Virus record (IMG/VR): IMGVR_UViG_3300047166_000016 | Location: 3,661 to 67,660 of that record | DNA length: 64,000 nt | Direction: 5' to 3' (one strand) | Origin: a virus | In this document: positions 8,604 to 19,079 of the stretch, in pieces | How positions within the stretch are numbered: position 1 is the first letter of the stretch | Layout of the letters: each line of letters begins with the position of its first letter | Position numbers and translations under genes: made by a program | Notes under the pieces: model-generated | What the model was told of the DNA's origin: nothing | The model's database searches: none | What the model saw: only the letters and a program-made list of their open reading frames with translations

Positions 8604-10033
8604 CCTTGGACAATCGTAACGGCGGACGCGGTGCAGGAGAAGTAGCTTTCCGGATCGCCGTAGATCGCCTCCGAACCGGCGCCTGGATTTGTCAGAATGC
8701 TATTGATGTAAACAGCGAACACAATCCGCGTTATCAGCACCGTCGAGATGATCGAAACAATCGACGCCACGAATACATCCTGCAACTCGAACACGTTGAT
8801 CGGTGCCCCGACCGGTATCGAATTGATGTAAGCGGCGATGGCCGGTTGCGCCAACGCGGAAACCGCCGTCGGAGATACGTAGTTAGGCGATGGCGTGTTC
8901 CATGTCAGATTGACCGTCACGGTCTGAACTGGCGGGACCACGAACGGAACGGTGTAGGTATCCGGGTAATTATTCAGATTGATACTCTGGTTTCTGAAGT
9001 TCGGCGTGACAACGCCTCCGCTCGTCCAGGCCCCTGAGCTTGTCGTGTCGATGCCGATGCTGAATGTTTTGTTCGTTATGACGGTAATGGTCAACGGCGT
9101 TCCGTTGATACCCGAGATGCCGACCGCCCCGGCGATGTTGACGATCTGGCCGCTTGTGTAACCATGATTGAGGCCGGTCGTGACCACGCCTGGATTGGCG
9201 TTCGTAATGCCGGTCACGTTCAGGATCGACCCGACCAGCGTCGAGACATCGAACAACGAATCGAGGATCGCCGCCGCGATGGCATAGGGATCGGCTGTTC
9301 CGCCGACGATAACTTCCCATCCGCCGCCGACCTGTTGCCGAACCGATACGAGGTTCGGCTGCACCCCGGAGACCTGACCCAGATACGCTTTGAGATAGGC
9401 TGTCATGCCGGTGGAAGCCACCAGACCGGCTTGCAGCACGCGGGCGGCGAATTGTGCCTGCGTTTCCGCCGCGCCGCCCGGAGTGCCCGCGAGCGGGTTC
9501 GTGGCGGTAAGCGTGACACCGCTCGGAGCCGACGTGACCAGCGTCGTGACGGTGTTCGCCGGCACGGCCCACGACCCGCTGAGCGTGGCCTGACAGAACA
9601 GCGGAACCGATGCCCCGCCCGAGGCGATAACGCCGCCGTCGATCACCGCATACTGGTAGGTGCCGTCGCTGACCAGAAATCCGGGATTGACCAGAAACCC
9701 GACCGTGCCGCTGAACACGACATAAACTGCCGTATTGGTGGCGGGGAGATTGGTCGATCCCTGTCCGAGATAAATCTGCCCGAGCGCCAAAAGCGTGAAC
9801 GGATTAGCGCCATATGGCGTTAACGAGTTTATCGCATCGACCTGAGCCTGATCGATTTGCAGCGCGGCACCGGTCGCGGTGCTGCTCATATCCTCGATCA
9901 GCCCGGCCGGGAGAATGGTCAGACCGGGCGATTGCGCCGTCGCGGCGGCGACGATGGCGGCATTGATCGCTTCCGGCGTCTGCGGAACCGCGCCGATACT
10001 CGTTACGGTCGGCGTGCCTATCGAACCGCTCAT
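8600..10033 (-). CDS. Baseplate J/gp47-like protein with inserted beta domain
   Basis: LPAGLIEDMSST, GWEVIVGG and DPYAIAAAI motifs; insert ITNANPGVVTTGLNHGYTSGQIVNI. Confidence 0.85.
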   Translation of the reverse strand: MSGSIGTPTVTSIGAVPQTPEAINAAIVAAATAQSPGLTILPAGLIEDMSSTATGAALQIDQAQVDAINSLTPYGANPFTLLALGQIYLGQGSTNLPATNTAVYVVFSGTVGFLVNPGFLVSDGTYQYAVIDGGVIASGGASVPLFCQATLSGSWAVPANTVTTLVTSAPSGVTLTATNPLAGTPGGAAETQAQFAARVLQAGLVASTGMTAYLKAYLGQVSGVQPNLVSVRQQVGGGWEVIVGGTADPYAIAAAILDSLFDVSTLVGSILNVTGITNANPGVVTTGLNHGYTSGQIVNIAGAVGISGINGTPLTITVITNKTFSIGIDTTSSGAWTSGGVVTPNFRNQSINLNNYPDTYTVPFVVPPVQTVTVNLTWNTPSPNYVSPTAVSALAQPAIAAYINSIPVGAPINVFELQDVFVASIVSIISTVLITRIVFAVYINSILTNPGAGSEAIYGDPESYFSCTASAVTIVQG

Positions 10034-10368
10034 GACGGGATCGGCACCGTATCGAACAGCGCGGCCCCGGTTTGCGCCAGGGCGCGCACGTTATAGACCG
10101 GGTTGCGTCCCGGCTCCCGCGCCACGCTGAGATTGGCGAAATACGGCGCGAATTGCTGCTGCGTCATCGCGACATAGAAATCCGGGTAAATTTGCTGCAT
10201 CACCGATTGCTGAGCAGGAATGCCGTAATTGGCGAAAAATGGAGATTCTCCGAGATTGAGCAACAACGTCTGGCAAAGCGTAACGAACCAAACGAGGTCG
10301 TTATAGCCTTTCGCGTCGGTCGTGACCTCGTGCCATGTGCCATCCGGTGTGCGCCCCCACGTCCTCAC
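10030..10368 (-). CDS. Baseplate wedge / sheath initiator subunit
   Basis: MRTWGR...LNLGESPFFANYGIPA; lies between the spike and J genes. Confidence 0.7.
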   Translation of the reverse strand: MRTWGRTPDGTWHEVTTDAKGYNDLVWFVTLCQTLLLNLGESPFFANYGIPAQQSVMQQIYPDFYVAMTQQQFAPYFANLSVAREPGRNPVYNVRALAQTGAALFDTVPIPS

Positions 10369-10967
10369 GGGACCACCGGCCCGGTATCGCCGCTGCCCGT
10401 CGAAACGCCACTATGGACGTGCGGCAGGAACGCCACCCCATCGATCGTCACGCCCGATCCGTTTATGACCACGCTATGCCCCCCGACCGCGAGCGTAATC
10501 GCGGTGGACGTGATCGTGAGGGACGACGATCCGGCCGCGGCTTTCGCGAGAATGCCGTTCGGGCCGCCCGTAAGCGTGAGTTGGTTCGGATCGACCGAAT
10601 CCCATCCCGTGTTGCCGATCGGTGACCACACCAGCGGCGTAAGATTGCCCCGGATCGTCCCATCCGCCACACCGCCCCCGAGGCCCGACATGCCGCCCAG
10701 GTATGTGTCGGCGGCGATTGTGACGCCCTTTTCGCCGGGCTGGATCGGCACCCGGACATACTGCGAGCCGAGAGTCGGAACCGTGGCCTGCGGAATTGTC
10801 TGAGTGCCGGTCAACTCGAAATTGATTTGCACGATGGCCCCCACGATTTTGACCACCGAAGCTGGAAGCGATCGCCCCAAAACCTGTATCGCATCTTGAG
10901 CCGCGCCGCGCACGAACCGATTGATCGAGCGGCCGAACGGAATGGTCTGCGGGTTTATTATGGTCAT
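10365..10967 (-). CDS. Baseplate central spike (gpV/gp138-like)
   Basis: C-terminal H-x-H metal tip (HVHSGVSTG..TGP); ATG 10967 in ATGA overlap. Confidence 0.85.
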   Translation of the reverse strand: MTIINPQTIPFGRSINRFVRGAAQDAIQVLGRSLPASVVKIVGAIVQINFELTGTQTIPQATVPTLGSQYVRVPIQPGEKGVTIAADTYLGGMSGLGGGVADGTIRGNLTPLVWSPIGNTGWDSVDPNQLTLTGGPNGILAKAAAGSSSLTITSTAITLAVGGHSVVINGSGVTIDGVAFLPHVHSGVSTGSGDTGPVVP

Positions 10968-11971
10968 GCGTTCGGCGCCGTCCCCGCTTCGACCGTCGTG
11001 TTCCACGACGCCGCGTCGGATTGGCGAAAATTACCGAAGTGCTGCACGGTCTGAACCACGAAGTTGCCCGTCTGCGCCGATTTGTCGCGAAAACTGAGTT
11101 GCGAGTTGGCTGACGTCGTCGCGAACGATGGCGGAATGTTGATCGTGTCGTTTACCGCCAGGTCGCCGCGCAACACGAACTTCACCTGTATCCGCCCTTG
11201 CCCGATCCAGATCGGTTGCCCGATCATATCCTGAAACGCGATCTTCTTGATCGCCGATTTCTGTGGCGCGACGGTGCCGTCGTATGCCGTGACGGTATCG
11301 CCGATGGTGGCGATTTTGACGCCCTGGTATGTCCCGCCGATGATCGTCTTCGAGATGCTGTTGACGTAATCGGTCAGTTGCGTGAGCGAGTCGTAATGAC
11401 CGATCTCATCGTTCCCTAGCACCAGATTTGGGCTTATCGCTATGTTCTGCTTGATGCCAGGATAAGCCGTCGAAAGGGTCTGCGCCAAGGCGTCTTTGAG
11501 TTGCGTTCCTTTCAACCAGACAAACGGGAAATTGTCTACCCCGTCGTTTATTCCTGCTCCTACGCCGTTCGCGGTAAACCAAAAATTGAGCGTCTGTTCG
11601 GTCCCGATCCAGTTGCCCCATGCCTGGAATATCCGGCCCGACATGATAAGGCCCTGTTGCGACGGATTGGCGAGCGGCAACCCCTTCGACATGCCCGCGC
11701 TAATTTTGACATTGACCGTGTTATTCGGCGGCGAAAGATCGATTGCGCTGGTGATCGCCTGAAGCCCGAGGCCGTAGATGCACAGCATCGCCGCCTGGTT
11801 TTGATTTCCTGGCGTCGTATTCACGACCGGGATATCGAACTCGATGTTGAGCGCGGCGGGATTCGGCTTGCCATTCGGCAACAGGCTCGTGATGCCAACC
11901 CCGCCGAGACTGGCCGGAAGAACGGGTTTCCCGGTTGTGCCATCCGTCAGCGCGATATTGTAATACCGCAT
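10964..11971 (-). CDS. Baseplate hub protein
   Basis: MRYYNIAL start (TGATG overlap); GMSKGLPLANP, GNWIGT and HFGNFR motifs; synteny. Confidence 0.75.
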   Translation of the reverse strand: MRYYNIALTDGTTGKPVLPASLGGVGITSLLPNGKPNPAALNIEFDIPVVNTTPGNQNQAAMLCIYGLGLQAITSAIDLSPPNNTVNVKISAGMSKGLPLANPSQQGLIMSGRIFQAWGNWIGTEQTLNFWFTANGVGAGINDGVDNFPFVWLKGTQLKDALAQTLSTAYPGIKQNIAISPNLVLGNDEIGHYDSLTQLTDYVNSISKTIIGGTYQGVKIATIGDTVTAYDGTVAPQKSAIKKIAFQDMIGQPIWIGQGRIQVKFVLRGDLAVNDTINIPPSFATTSANSQLSFRDKSAQTGNFVVQTVQHFGNFRQSDAASWNTTVEAGTAPNA

Positions 11972-12240
11972 CAGCCGACCTCGAACGTCTGTGTCGTGTC
12001 GCGATAGATTATCGCCGTCGTGAAATAGCCCCCGGTCAAAGAGATATCGTAATCCGGCGGCGAGGCGATCAACGCGCGGCAGAATATCTGCACGAAGTTC
12101 TGAGTATAGACGTTCAGATACCAGCGCTGCCCGTAAATGTTCCACGTTACGGTGCAGTTATACGTTTCGCCCGCGTCCAGCGTGGCCGAAAACTGAAACG
12201 GCCCCTCTGGCGTTGGTGCGAATTGAACGTAGACCGTCAC
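11971..12240 (-). CDS. Small baseplate (plug-like) protein
   Basis: WNIYGQRWYL motif; position between initiator and hub. Confidence 0.65.
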   Translation of the reverse strand: MTVYVQFAPTPEGPFQFSATLDAGETYNCTVTWNIYGQRWYLNVYTQNFVQIFCRALIASPPDYDISLTGGYFTTAIIYRDTTQTFEVG

Positions 12241-12284
12241 AGGATCCTCTTGAAGCTGTCGGCTTTAGCGGGTCTGGCGGTCCA

Positions 12285-13025
12285 TTACATATTGCCTATC
12301 GTGTAAGGCGAATTGACCGAGGCCGCGCCCGCCGATGGGATCAGGTTCGGCGTTTGCGCGCTGTTCGGACTGCCGAGGCCGCTCGATAGCCCGGACCAGA
12401 ACGGCGGATCGCCATTGAGTTGTGTTCCGTTGGCGATGCTGCTCATCAGGTTATTGAGCAAGCCGCCCTGCGACTGTTCGAGCGTGAGAAGCGGCTGCTC
12501 GAAATCCCATTGCCACGCCGACTGGCGCTGCTTGCTTGCCCCGCTGGTCACGTCGCGGATCGCCTTGAGTATGGCATACCGCCAGAATGCCATCGGTGTT
12601 ATGACGATATAAGTCCCGCCTAGCGCGGCGTGCTGCGCCACGGCGGCCTGTAACGCCATCATGACCGCCAGGTTGCCGGCGAACCCGCCCGATACGGGAC
12701 GCGAGGGACACCGCATCAGCATGGAAACCGTCAACGGTTGCGCGATGATGGCGTTGGCCGCGATTTTTTGATTTGCGAACGGATACTTGCCCAACTCGTA
12801 ATCCGCGATTGTCGCACCGGGCAATGGCTCGAACGCGGCGAAAAAGTCGTCCAGTCCTGGCGTGATCGCACCCCCGAGCAAACCGGCCACGAAGCTGATT
12901 GTTTGCGTAATCGAGATAATCGGCAGCATCCCGAACGGCATATTCGTCGCGATCCCGTTCACGAACACGATAGGGCTGCACTGGAACGCCAGCTCGAACG
13001 CTTGCTGACCCGCCGTCCCGCTCAT
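12285..13025 (-). CDS. Tail tube initiator / Dit-like baseplate protein
   Basis: Directly after the tape measure gene; YPFANQ..AANA and WQWDFEQPL motifs. Confidence 0.65.
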   Translation of the reverse strand: MSGTAGQQAFELAFQCSPIVFVNGIATNMPFGMLPIISITQTISFVAGLLGGAITPGLDDFFAAFEPLPGATIADYELGKYPFANQKIAANAIIAQPLTVSMLMRCPSRPVSGGFAGNLAVMMALQAAVAQHAALGGTYIVITPMAFWRYAILKAIRDVTSGASKQRQSAWQWDFEQPLLTLEQSQGGLLNNLMSSIANGTQLNGDPPFWSGLSSGLGSPNSAQTPNLIPSAGAASVNSPYTIGNM

Positions 13026-14863
13026 CCTGGCAAAGCCGCCGCCGAAGCAATCGCGGAGCCGCCCGTGTTGTTATAGATTTCCACGCGCACCCCGCCGAAC
13101 CGCCCGTTGAACTGCCGCGCCAGTCCGCCGCGTTCGGCGGCGATGGTATCGATCCGGTTCGGGTCTGGCCGTTCGTAATCGCGCGCCACGGATACCCCCG
13201 CCGCATAGTCGGTTGTGGTGGCCCTCAGACGGTTGCCCGCAGCCCGCTCGCCGCCCTCGGTCAGTTCCCATTGCGCGAACCATAACTGCTCGCCTAGCGT
13301 GCCCTGGTCCGGCGTGTGGCCAAAAAAAGCGGCGAACTGTCGCGCCCGCGCGCCGCGCCATTGGAACAGTCCGGCATCGCCGCCGACTTTGTTGACGCGG
13401 TGCGGATCGAAGCCGCTCTCGGCCTGCGCGTTGGCGAGAAGTCCGGCGGTTTGCGCCTCGGTCCAGTCGTGGCCTCGGAAGAAATCGTGCGCGATGCGGG
13501 CGTTGCTGCCGGTGTCGGCATTGTCGGGCGGCGAATAAGAGGTCGGAACCACAAGGCCGGAATAACCGCCGCCGCGATAGGACGTTGGATTCGGCCCGAG
13601 AAGCGAACCTTGCGCGTTATCCTTTAACCACTTGAAAAACCTTCCCAGAGGGGTTTGACCCAAATAATCGCCTAAATCGGTATCGTCCTGTTTGCTGCGA
13701 TTGAAACTACGAAACCGAGGATCGAGTTCTTCAGACGATTTATCGCCAAATAGGAATTGTATCGCTTTGTGAACACTTTCGGCAAGAAGGACGATATCGT
13801 CCACGAACGTATGAACGGCTTTCTGAAAAGTCCCGTCATTGATTGATTCGGCGAGAGAATTTATGCCAGAGGCAAGGCCGCCCACGACATTCTCTCCGGT
13901 CTTACTGCCCAGAACCGTTTCGACCAGTTTTACAAACGCTTTCGACAAGTTCTCCAATGGCTTTTCTAAAGGTTTGAGTTGTTCGACCAATACCTTTTCG
14001 ATCGTTTCACCAGCCAGCGTTAGTTGGTTCGTGAACCTCTGCCATGCCGTGGCATCGAAATCGAGCGACTTACGATTGGCCTCGAACCCGCGCCCCGCAC
14101 CGGCGACATCCCCACTTCGCGCACGTCGCGCCGCGTCCAGGTCTAATCCGAGTGTGCCGAACCCTTCATTTTGAACCAGGTTCCCGAGGAAACGGGGATC
14201 TGTCTGTTGCGCGCGGAGTTTAAGCCGCTCTTCCAACATGACCGCGACTTCTGCCGCGTTTTTGCCTTGGAGTTGTTGCGGAGAAAGCCCGGCCTGTAGC
14301 AGCGCGCCGTATTCCGGCGATCCGGCATTGCCAAGGCCGGTGCTGACCGCGCCCAACACCCGATCCGGGTCGAGAAGATACCGATAATTCAGCTCGAACG
14401 CCCGCTGATCTCCGACCGAAACGCCAAGGCCAGATGCGCTCCGTTGCGCCCCGGCCGCGTTCTGCGCCAGCCGCGAAAGGCCGAACAGGCCGCCCGCCCC
14501 CAATAATCCCGTGAATACCGATGTCAGTTCGGCCCACCGCAACAACTGCCGCGTGGCGCTGACGATGTTCCCGGCGACATCCTTCGTGCTGCGTGCCATG
14601 TCGCGCCAGGACCGCGATTGCCGGTCCACTGCCTTCTGCGCCACGTCCTCTGCTTCCGCGATGGTCTTTTCGTATCCGAGGCGCGCGATTTGCGCCGCGA
14701 CCAACGCATCGAAAGACTTCCGCGAGGCGTCGATGCCCTTCGTTACCTTGTCCCACGCGGCGGGCGTTTTGGAGAGCATGTCCTGATAGGATTTGAAAGC
14801 CGACTGATACCGCTTGAACGCGGCATCGTTGACCTCGATATCCAACACGGATTTCAATGCCAA
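13022..14863 (-). CDS. Tape measure protein with C-terminal tail-tip lysozyme domain
   Basis: Helical Ala-rich body; AGLLANAQAESGFDP...GLFQW...YERP (Phage_lysozyme2-like). Probable TTG start at 14863 after GGAGG. Confidence 0.85.
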   Translation of the reverse strand: MALKSVLDIEVNDAAFKRYQSAFKSYQDMLSKTPAAWDKVTKGIDASRKSFDALVAAQIARLGYEKTIAEAEDVAQKAVDRQSRSWRDMARSTKDVAGNIVSATRQLLRWAELTSVFTGLLGAGGLFGLSRLAQNAAGAQRSASGLGVSVGDQRAFELNYRYLLDPDRVLGAVSTGLGNAGSPEYGALLQAGLSPQQLQGKNAAEVAVMLEERLKLRAQQTDPRFLGNLVQNEGFGTLGLDLDAARRARSGDVAGAGRGFEANRKSLDFDATAWQRFTNQLTLAGETIEKVLVEQLKPLEKPLENLSKAFVKLVETVLGSKTGENVVGGLASGINSLAESINDGTFQKAVHTFVDDIVLLAESVHKAIQFLFGDKSSEELDPRFRSFNRSKQDDTDLGDYLGQTPLGRFFKWLKDNAQGSLLGPNPTSYRGGGYSGLVVPTSYSPPDNADTGSNARIAHDFFRGHDWTEAQTAGLLANAQAESGFDPHRVNKVGGDAGLFQWRGARARQFAAFFGHTPDQGTLGEQLWFAQWELTEGGERAAGNRLRATTTDYAAGVSVARDYERPDPNRIDTIAAERGGLARQFNGRFGGVRVEIYNNTGGSAIASAAALPG

Positions 14864-14864
14864 G

Positions 14865-15040
14865 TCAGAACCTCCGCTCGGCAATAACCTTCATGAACGC
14901 CATCTCGAACCGCTTGCGATACGCCGCCGCGCTGTTCCACTCGAAATTGTAAGGCTCGCGACCGAAGAACTCCTCGAAACCCGCGCCCGCTATCCAGTCC
15001 AGAACCGTCGCGACTACGCCGCCGCCCTCGCGCCAAAACT
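14865..15040 (-). CDS. Probable -1 frameshift extension of the tail assembly chaperone (gpGT-like)
   Basis: Open -1 frame overlapping the chaperone end at AGT TTT G and running up to the tape measure RBS. Confidence 0.5.
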
Positions 15041-15556
15041 GACGATCTCGGTCGATGTCTTCAACGATGCGGAAAAGTCCGTAAGACTGAGCGACGTAAT
15101 CTCCGCATTCCAGGCCGGGGCCGCTCCATCGAGCAACGCGAGCCGTAGGTTGAGCGGATACATCAACCAACCCACAGTAAAAAACACGATGGCGGAATCG
15201 ACCTCCCGCGCATCGTCCATGTCGATCATCTTCCGGTCCACCGCCGCCTGATACGGCGCCGTGGTCCAACCGTCGTCGGTCGCCACGATGGCATTGGAAA
15301 GCCGCGTGATTTCCGCCAGAAACGCGGTGCAACTTTCTTCGGCCCGTTCTTTTTTGGCAACGTCCTTCAGGACGAAAACCGCGACTTTCGTTCCGGCGAT
15401 CCGGTCCAGTTCCACCAGCTTATTGTGCGTCTTCGCAATCAGCCAGTAATGCGCCTCGAAAACCTCGCGCGAAACCGGCGTCGAATAGACATAGGCGTAA
15501 ATCTTCTCGTCCCTATAGAGCGGGACTACCAAATTCATGCGCTCGTCGATACGCAT
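15014..15556 (-). CDS. Tail assembly chaperone
   Basis: Between tube and tape measure genes; helical. Confidence 0.7.
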   Translation of the reverse strand: MRIDERMNLVVPLYRDEKIYAYVYSTPVSREVFEAHYWLIAKTHNKLVELDRIAGTKVAVFVLKDVAKKERAEESCTAFLAEITRLSNAIVATDDGWTTAPYQAAVDRKMIDMDDAREVDSAIVFFTVGWLMYPLNLRLALLDGAAPAWNAEITSLSLTDFSASLKTSTEIVSFGARAAA

Positions 15557-15999
15557 CAGTTCGGATACAGGTTGGCGTTGATGAGGTAATAACCTCGGAT
15601 CGTCACGGCAACCAATGGGTCCGAACCGTCGAACGGAAGATCGCGAACGTTGTAGATCGCGCAGTTCGTAAGCGCGAACGGAGATAGCGTGGTGCTATCT
15701 GGCCAGACCGTGCCATTGCCGAGTTGGGTCGCGTCCGCCTCCCATTGGAGTTTCCAGGTATTGGCGAACGGTTGCGATTTGATAAGAGACGCCACCAGCG
15801 TGAACATCACGTAAGGCTCCGGCGATGTCACCGCGCCGGTCAGCGTCTCCAAATACTCGACCATGTTCCCGTCGAGCGTGAAACGAATACCGGGCTTGCC
15901 GAGATAGGACGCGGAGATATTGAGCGAGGGGTTCGCCGGCCAGTTTACCGATGCGACAAGGCGGTTAATCGTGCCTTGCGGCACCAAGGGGAACGCCAT
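15556..15999 (-). CDS. Tail tube protein
   Basis: 147 aa after the sheath; PQGTINRL and GAVTSPEPY motifs. Confidence 0.75.
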   Translation of the reverse strand: MAFPLVPQGTINRLVASVNWPANPSLNISASYLGKPGIRFTLDGNMVEYLETLTGAVTSPEPYVMFTLVASLIKSQPFANTWKLQWEADATQLGNGTVWPDSTTLSPFALTNCAIYNVRDLPFDGSDPLVAVTIRGYYLINANLYPN

Positions 16000-16014
16000 T
16001 TAACCCGACCTCCT

Positions 16015-17646
16015 TTATATCGCGAAGCTGCTGATCGTGATGTTGAACTGGATCGAGTTGAAGCCCTGCAACGGCGTGAAGATCACGGAGTAACCGTTGT
16101 AAGTCCCGGTTTTATACTGTCCCGGATTGGCGGTGTAGTATGGCGCGAACGGTATCGCGTTGATGGCGCACTGGCCGGCGAATGTGCCGTTTCCGAGCGC
16201 CGTCGCATACGCCGCGCCGGTCAATCCGGTCTGCACCACCGATCCGAGCGCCAGGCCGAACGTGATCATGTTCTGCAACACGCCGGCCGCCACGCCCTGG
16301 CCCGCCGTGATGCCGGCCTGATTGAGATAGACCGGATTGCCGGGAAGGTTCGCGCCGTTGATGACGAAATTCGTCACGCTGAGCGCGATATTGATTTGCG
16401 CGTAATCGGCGGAATACCAGTAGTTCGCCGAGTTACCGTCCAGCATCTTGCCGAATTGCAGAATGGTGTTGCTGATCCCGCCCTGATAGCCGGTGCCGAT
16501 CAGCGAGATATTCGCGGTGTTCAGCGTGACGATTAAGGCCGCGTTGCCGCGCACCGGGAACGGTGTCACGCCGTAGACGAAACGGTTCGCCATCGGCGCG
16601 ACTTTGTTCGCCGACGACGGGTTGTTGCTTATCCACTGCCACATAGAAGCGGCTTGCGAAAACTCGGTCGATGGCAGGCCGCTCGCCGCGGCGGCGTTCA
16701 GCGTGCCGAGCACGCTTTCCGCCCCGAGCGTGGCCGCCGATGTCGCGCCGATCAGCGTCGATGCCTGCGTGCCGGGTTGCGCCACGAACGTTCCGTTGTA
16801 ACCGGATGGCGTCATGCCGGTGACGACAAAGGTTTGCCCAACGGCGACCCCGTGCGCCGTCGTCGTCGTGAACGTGATGTTCGGCGCGGAAAATGTCGCC
16901 GCCGTCATAACGTTCGCGGACCACGTTCCGAACGTCGGACACTCGATCAGTGCGTTTACGCACTTCATCAGGACCGTATAAAATCCGTATGTGGCCTGGC
17001 TTGTCGTGACCCAGAAATAGGTCTGCGCCGTCGTCCCTTCCTTCGTGGCGATGAGCGCGAGGAAGGTCGAATTGCCGTCCCAGAGCCGGGGCACGAGATA
17101 GGTATAGACAATGCCTGGATTGGCCGTGATCCAGGTGCCGAGATACGTCGCGCCGTCGGTCGCGTTGCCCGCCCCAAGCTCCAATACATAAGCCGACGTG
17201 ATCGACCCCTGCGCGAACCATGTCGTTGCCATCGCGACAAGCTCGCCAACATCCTCGGGAGTATAGGTGCCCTGCACGCTGGCGCTGGCCGGCGAGCCGG
17301 ATACGGAATAGGTAAACGTCGAGGCCCCGGTTATGGTGCAGGTAAACGTGCCGTTATAGGCGGCAGGCGTAAACCCGGCCATCGTCAGCACGATCGTATC
17401 GGATACAGTAAAGCCGTGCGCCACGGTGGTCGTAATCGTCGCGGTCCCGGCGCTCTGGGTGGCGCTGGTAACGGCCTTCCCGCCCGTCAGGAGCGGCGTC
17501 AAGTCGGACAGTTGGGTAAGCAGGGACAGAGTGCCTTGCGCCGTGTTGGTGGCGCCCTGGCTTAGCAGCGCTCCGGTCCCTTGGAGGGTGGACGGGGTAG
17601 GACCGACCTGTTGGGTGACGTTCTCGGTGACAATCGAATAGGCCAT
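16015..17646 (-). CDS. Tail sheath protein (DUF3383-like) with two inserted beta domains
   Basis: YWYSADYAQIN...NGAN..NPVYLNQAGI sheath C-terminus; two TT.AHG...YNGTF inserts. Confidence 0.85.
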   Translation of the reverse strand: MAYSIVTENVTQQVGPTPSTLQGTGALLSQGATNTAQGTLSLLTQLSDLTPLLTGGKAVTSATQSAGTATITTTVAHGFTVSDTIVLTMAGFTPAAYNGTFTCTITGASTFTYSVSGSPASASVQGTYTPEDVGELVAMATTWFAQGSITSAYVLELGAGNATDGATYLGTWITANPGIVYTYLVPRLWDGNSTFLALIATKEGTTAQTYFWVTTSQATYGFYTVLMKCVNALIECPTFGTWSANVMTAATFSAPNITFTTTTAHGVAVGQTFVVTGMTPSGYNGTFVAQPGTQASTLIGATSAATLGAESVLGTLNAAAASGLPSTEFSQAASMWQWISNNPSSANKVAPMANRFVYGVTPFPVRGNAALIVTLNTANISLIGTGYQGGISNTILQFGKMLDGNSANYWYSADYAQINIALSVTNFVINGANLPGNPVYLNQAGITAGQGVAAGVLQNMITFGLALGSVVQTGLTGAAYATALGNGTFAGQCAINAIPFAPYYTANPGQYKTGTYNGYSVIFTPLQGFNSIQFNITISSFAI

Positions 17647-18572
17647 TACAGGGGCACCCCATTGGGATTGACGGTCGCCGTCGCCGCTTTAATCAGTTGC
17701 AATGCCAAATCGTTTATCCGGGTTTGGTTGTATGACACGTTGAACTCGACGGTCTTTTTCATCGCGAGAATGTCCAATCCGACCTGGCCGCGCTTTTCGT
17801 CGCGCAACGTCGGAGAGTTCATTAAGCCGATAACGTTTTGATCCCGCATATAAGCCAAAGCCGTATCGAACCAATCGGACGCCTGCGAGTTGGTAAGGCC
17901 GTAGAGCGTGACCCGGACCCGATCCGTCGCGGCCTGCTGATGCGAGGCCGTGCCTTGGTCCAGGATCGGCACTGCCTGCAACGCCTCGGTGCCCTCTGGA
18001 AAGATATGCACGCTGCCATAGGGCGGACGGAGGTTCGCCGACACCGCCATCGATGGGTAGAGCGTCACGGCGGGATTGGCCGGCACGAGCCAGACCGGAT
18101 CGTATGTCGCGATAGTCAGCCATGCCGGGAGGCTATTCGACACAACCAGCGTCGATGGCGATAGCTGCGATCCGACATCCACCAGTTGCGATTGCATGGC
18201 GGGATAAACCGCCTCGCCGCCGTAGTGATAGATGCCGGCGTTTTCGTAATACGAGCCGCGCTGCGAAAACGCGAATTTCAGGTTGGAATATTCCGCGACC
18301 CATATTGCGTTCGGCGCGATATCGTTCAAAACATCGACTTGCTGAGAAGTCGAAAACGTCACCCGGTTGATCGCGAGGTTTTCGTCCTCGTTCTGCGCCT
18401 CGTAAGCCGCGACGTGCAGCGAACCGAATACCGTTGTCGATGCGGTCGCAAGCCAAAATACATATCCGTCGAGAGGCAGCACGTAGCGAACGTATTGCCG
18501 GAACTGGATTTGCTGCTGGCCGGAGAGTTGCCGAAGCCCGTCGTCGAGCGCGGGATTGAGTTCGCCCGACAA
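17646..18572 (-). CDS. Head-closure / tail-completion protein
   Basis: YVLPLDGYVFW, VSNSLPAW and DEKR.Q motifs; precedes the sheath gene. Confidence 0.65.
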   Translation of the reverse strand: MSGELNPALDDGLRQLSGQQQIQFRQYVRYVLPLDGYVFWLATASTTVFGSLHVAAYEAQNEDENLAINRVTFSTSQQVDVLNDIAPNAIWVAEYSNLKFAFSQRGSYYENAGIYHYGGEAVYPAMQSQLVDVGSQLSPSTLVVSNSLPAWLTIATYDPVWLVPANPAVTLYPSMAVSANLRPPYGSVHIFPEGTEALQAVPILDQGTASHQQAATDRVRVTLYGLTNSQASDWFDTALAYMRDQNVIGLMNSPTLRDEKRGQVGLDILAMKKTVEFNVSYNQTRINDLALQLIKAATATVNPNGVPL

Positions 18573-19079
18573 TCAATCCACCCAGGCGCGGAAACTGGTC
18601 TGATACAAGCCCGTATCGCGAAACGACGGACGAGCCGGGTTTCCCTTGGCGTAAGGATGAAGGAACCGATGGTTGACGCCGCGTTGCGCCGCTTGTGTCG
18701 GAACGCCAGGGACGATGCCGTTCATGAGTTCCTGGTCGATGAACTGGCGAAACGCGGCCTCGATCTTTTGTTCCGCATCGTGCGTCGGGGATATCGAGGC
18801 AGGCGCGCCAGCCGCGATGTCCTTTAGCGCGTTCTCCATCGAGGTTCCGATCATGCCGAAAATCGATTCAAGGCCGGTTTCCTCCGCGAACACTTCCATA
18901 ACGTGATATTTCGCTTCGAGAATATCCGCGACGTCGCCGGTTGTCTCGAAGCCCGATGGCGCGATGCTGCGCCGAACCGATTTACCGCCGCGCGAGGTTT
19001 TGACGGAAACGCGGCGTTGCGCGGCTGGCACGGGTTTCCGATACGGCACGTCCAGCACGCCAAGGTGGAGCGTGGTCAC
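18573..19079 (-). CDS. Neck protein
   Basis: LHLGVLDVPY, TTGDVADILEAKYHVM and RPSFRDTGLY motifs; GTGA overlap. Confidence 0.65.
   Translation of the reverse strand: MTTLHLGVLDVPYRKPVPAAQRRVSVKTSRGGKSVRRSIAPSGFETTGDVADILEAKYHVMEVFAEETGLESIFGMIGTSMENALKDIAAGAPASISPTHDAEQKIEAAFRQFIDQELMNGIVPGVPTQAAQRGVNHRFLHPYAKGNPARPSFRDTGLYQTSFRAWVD

Noticed and set aside
8600-17646. Stand-alone tailocin, T6SS or eCIS locus
   Set aside because: It is contiguous with portal, capsid and terminase genes, so it is a phage tail.
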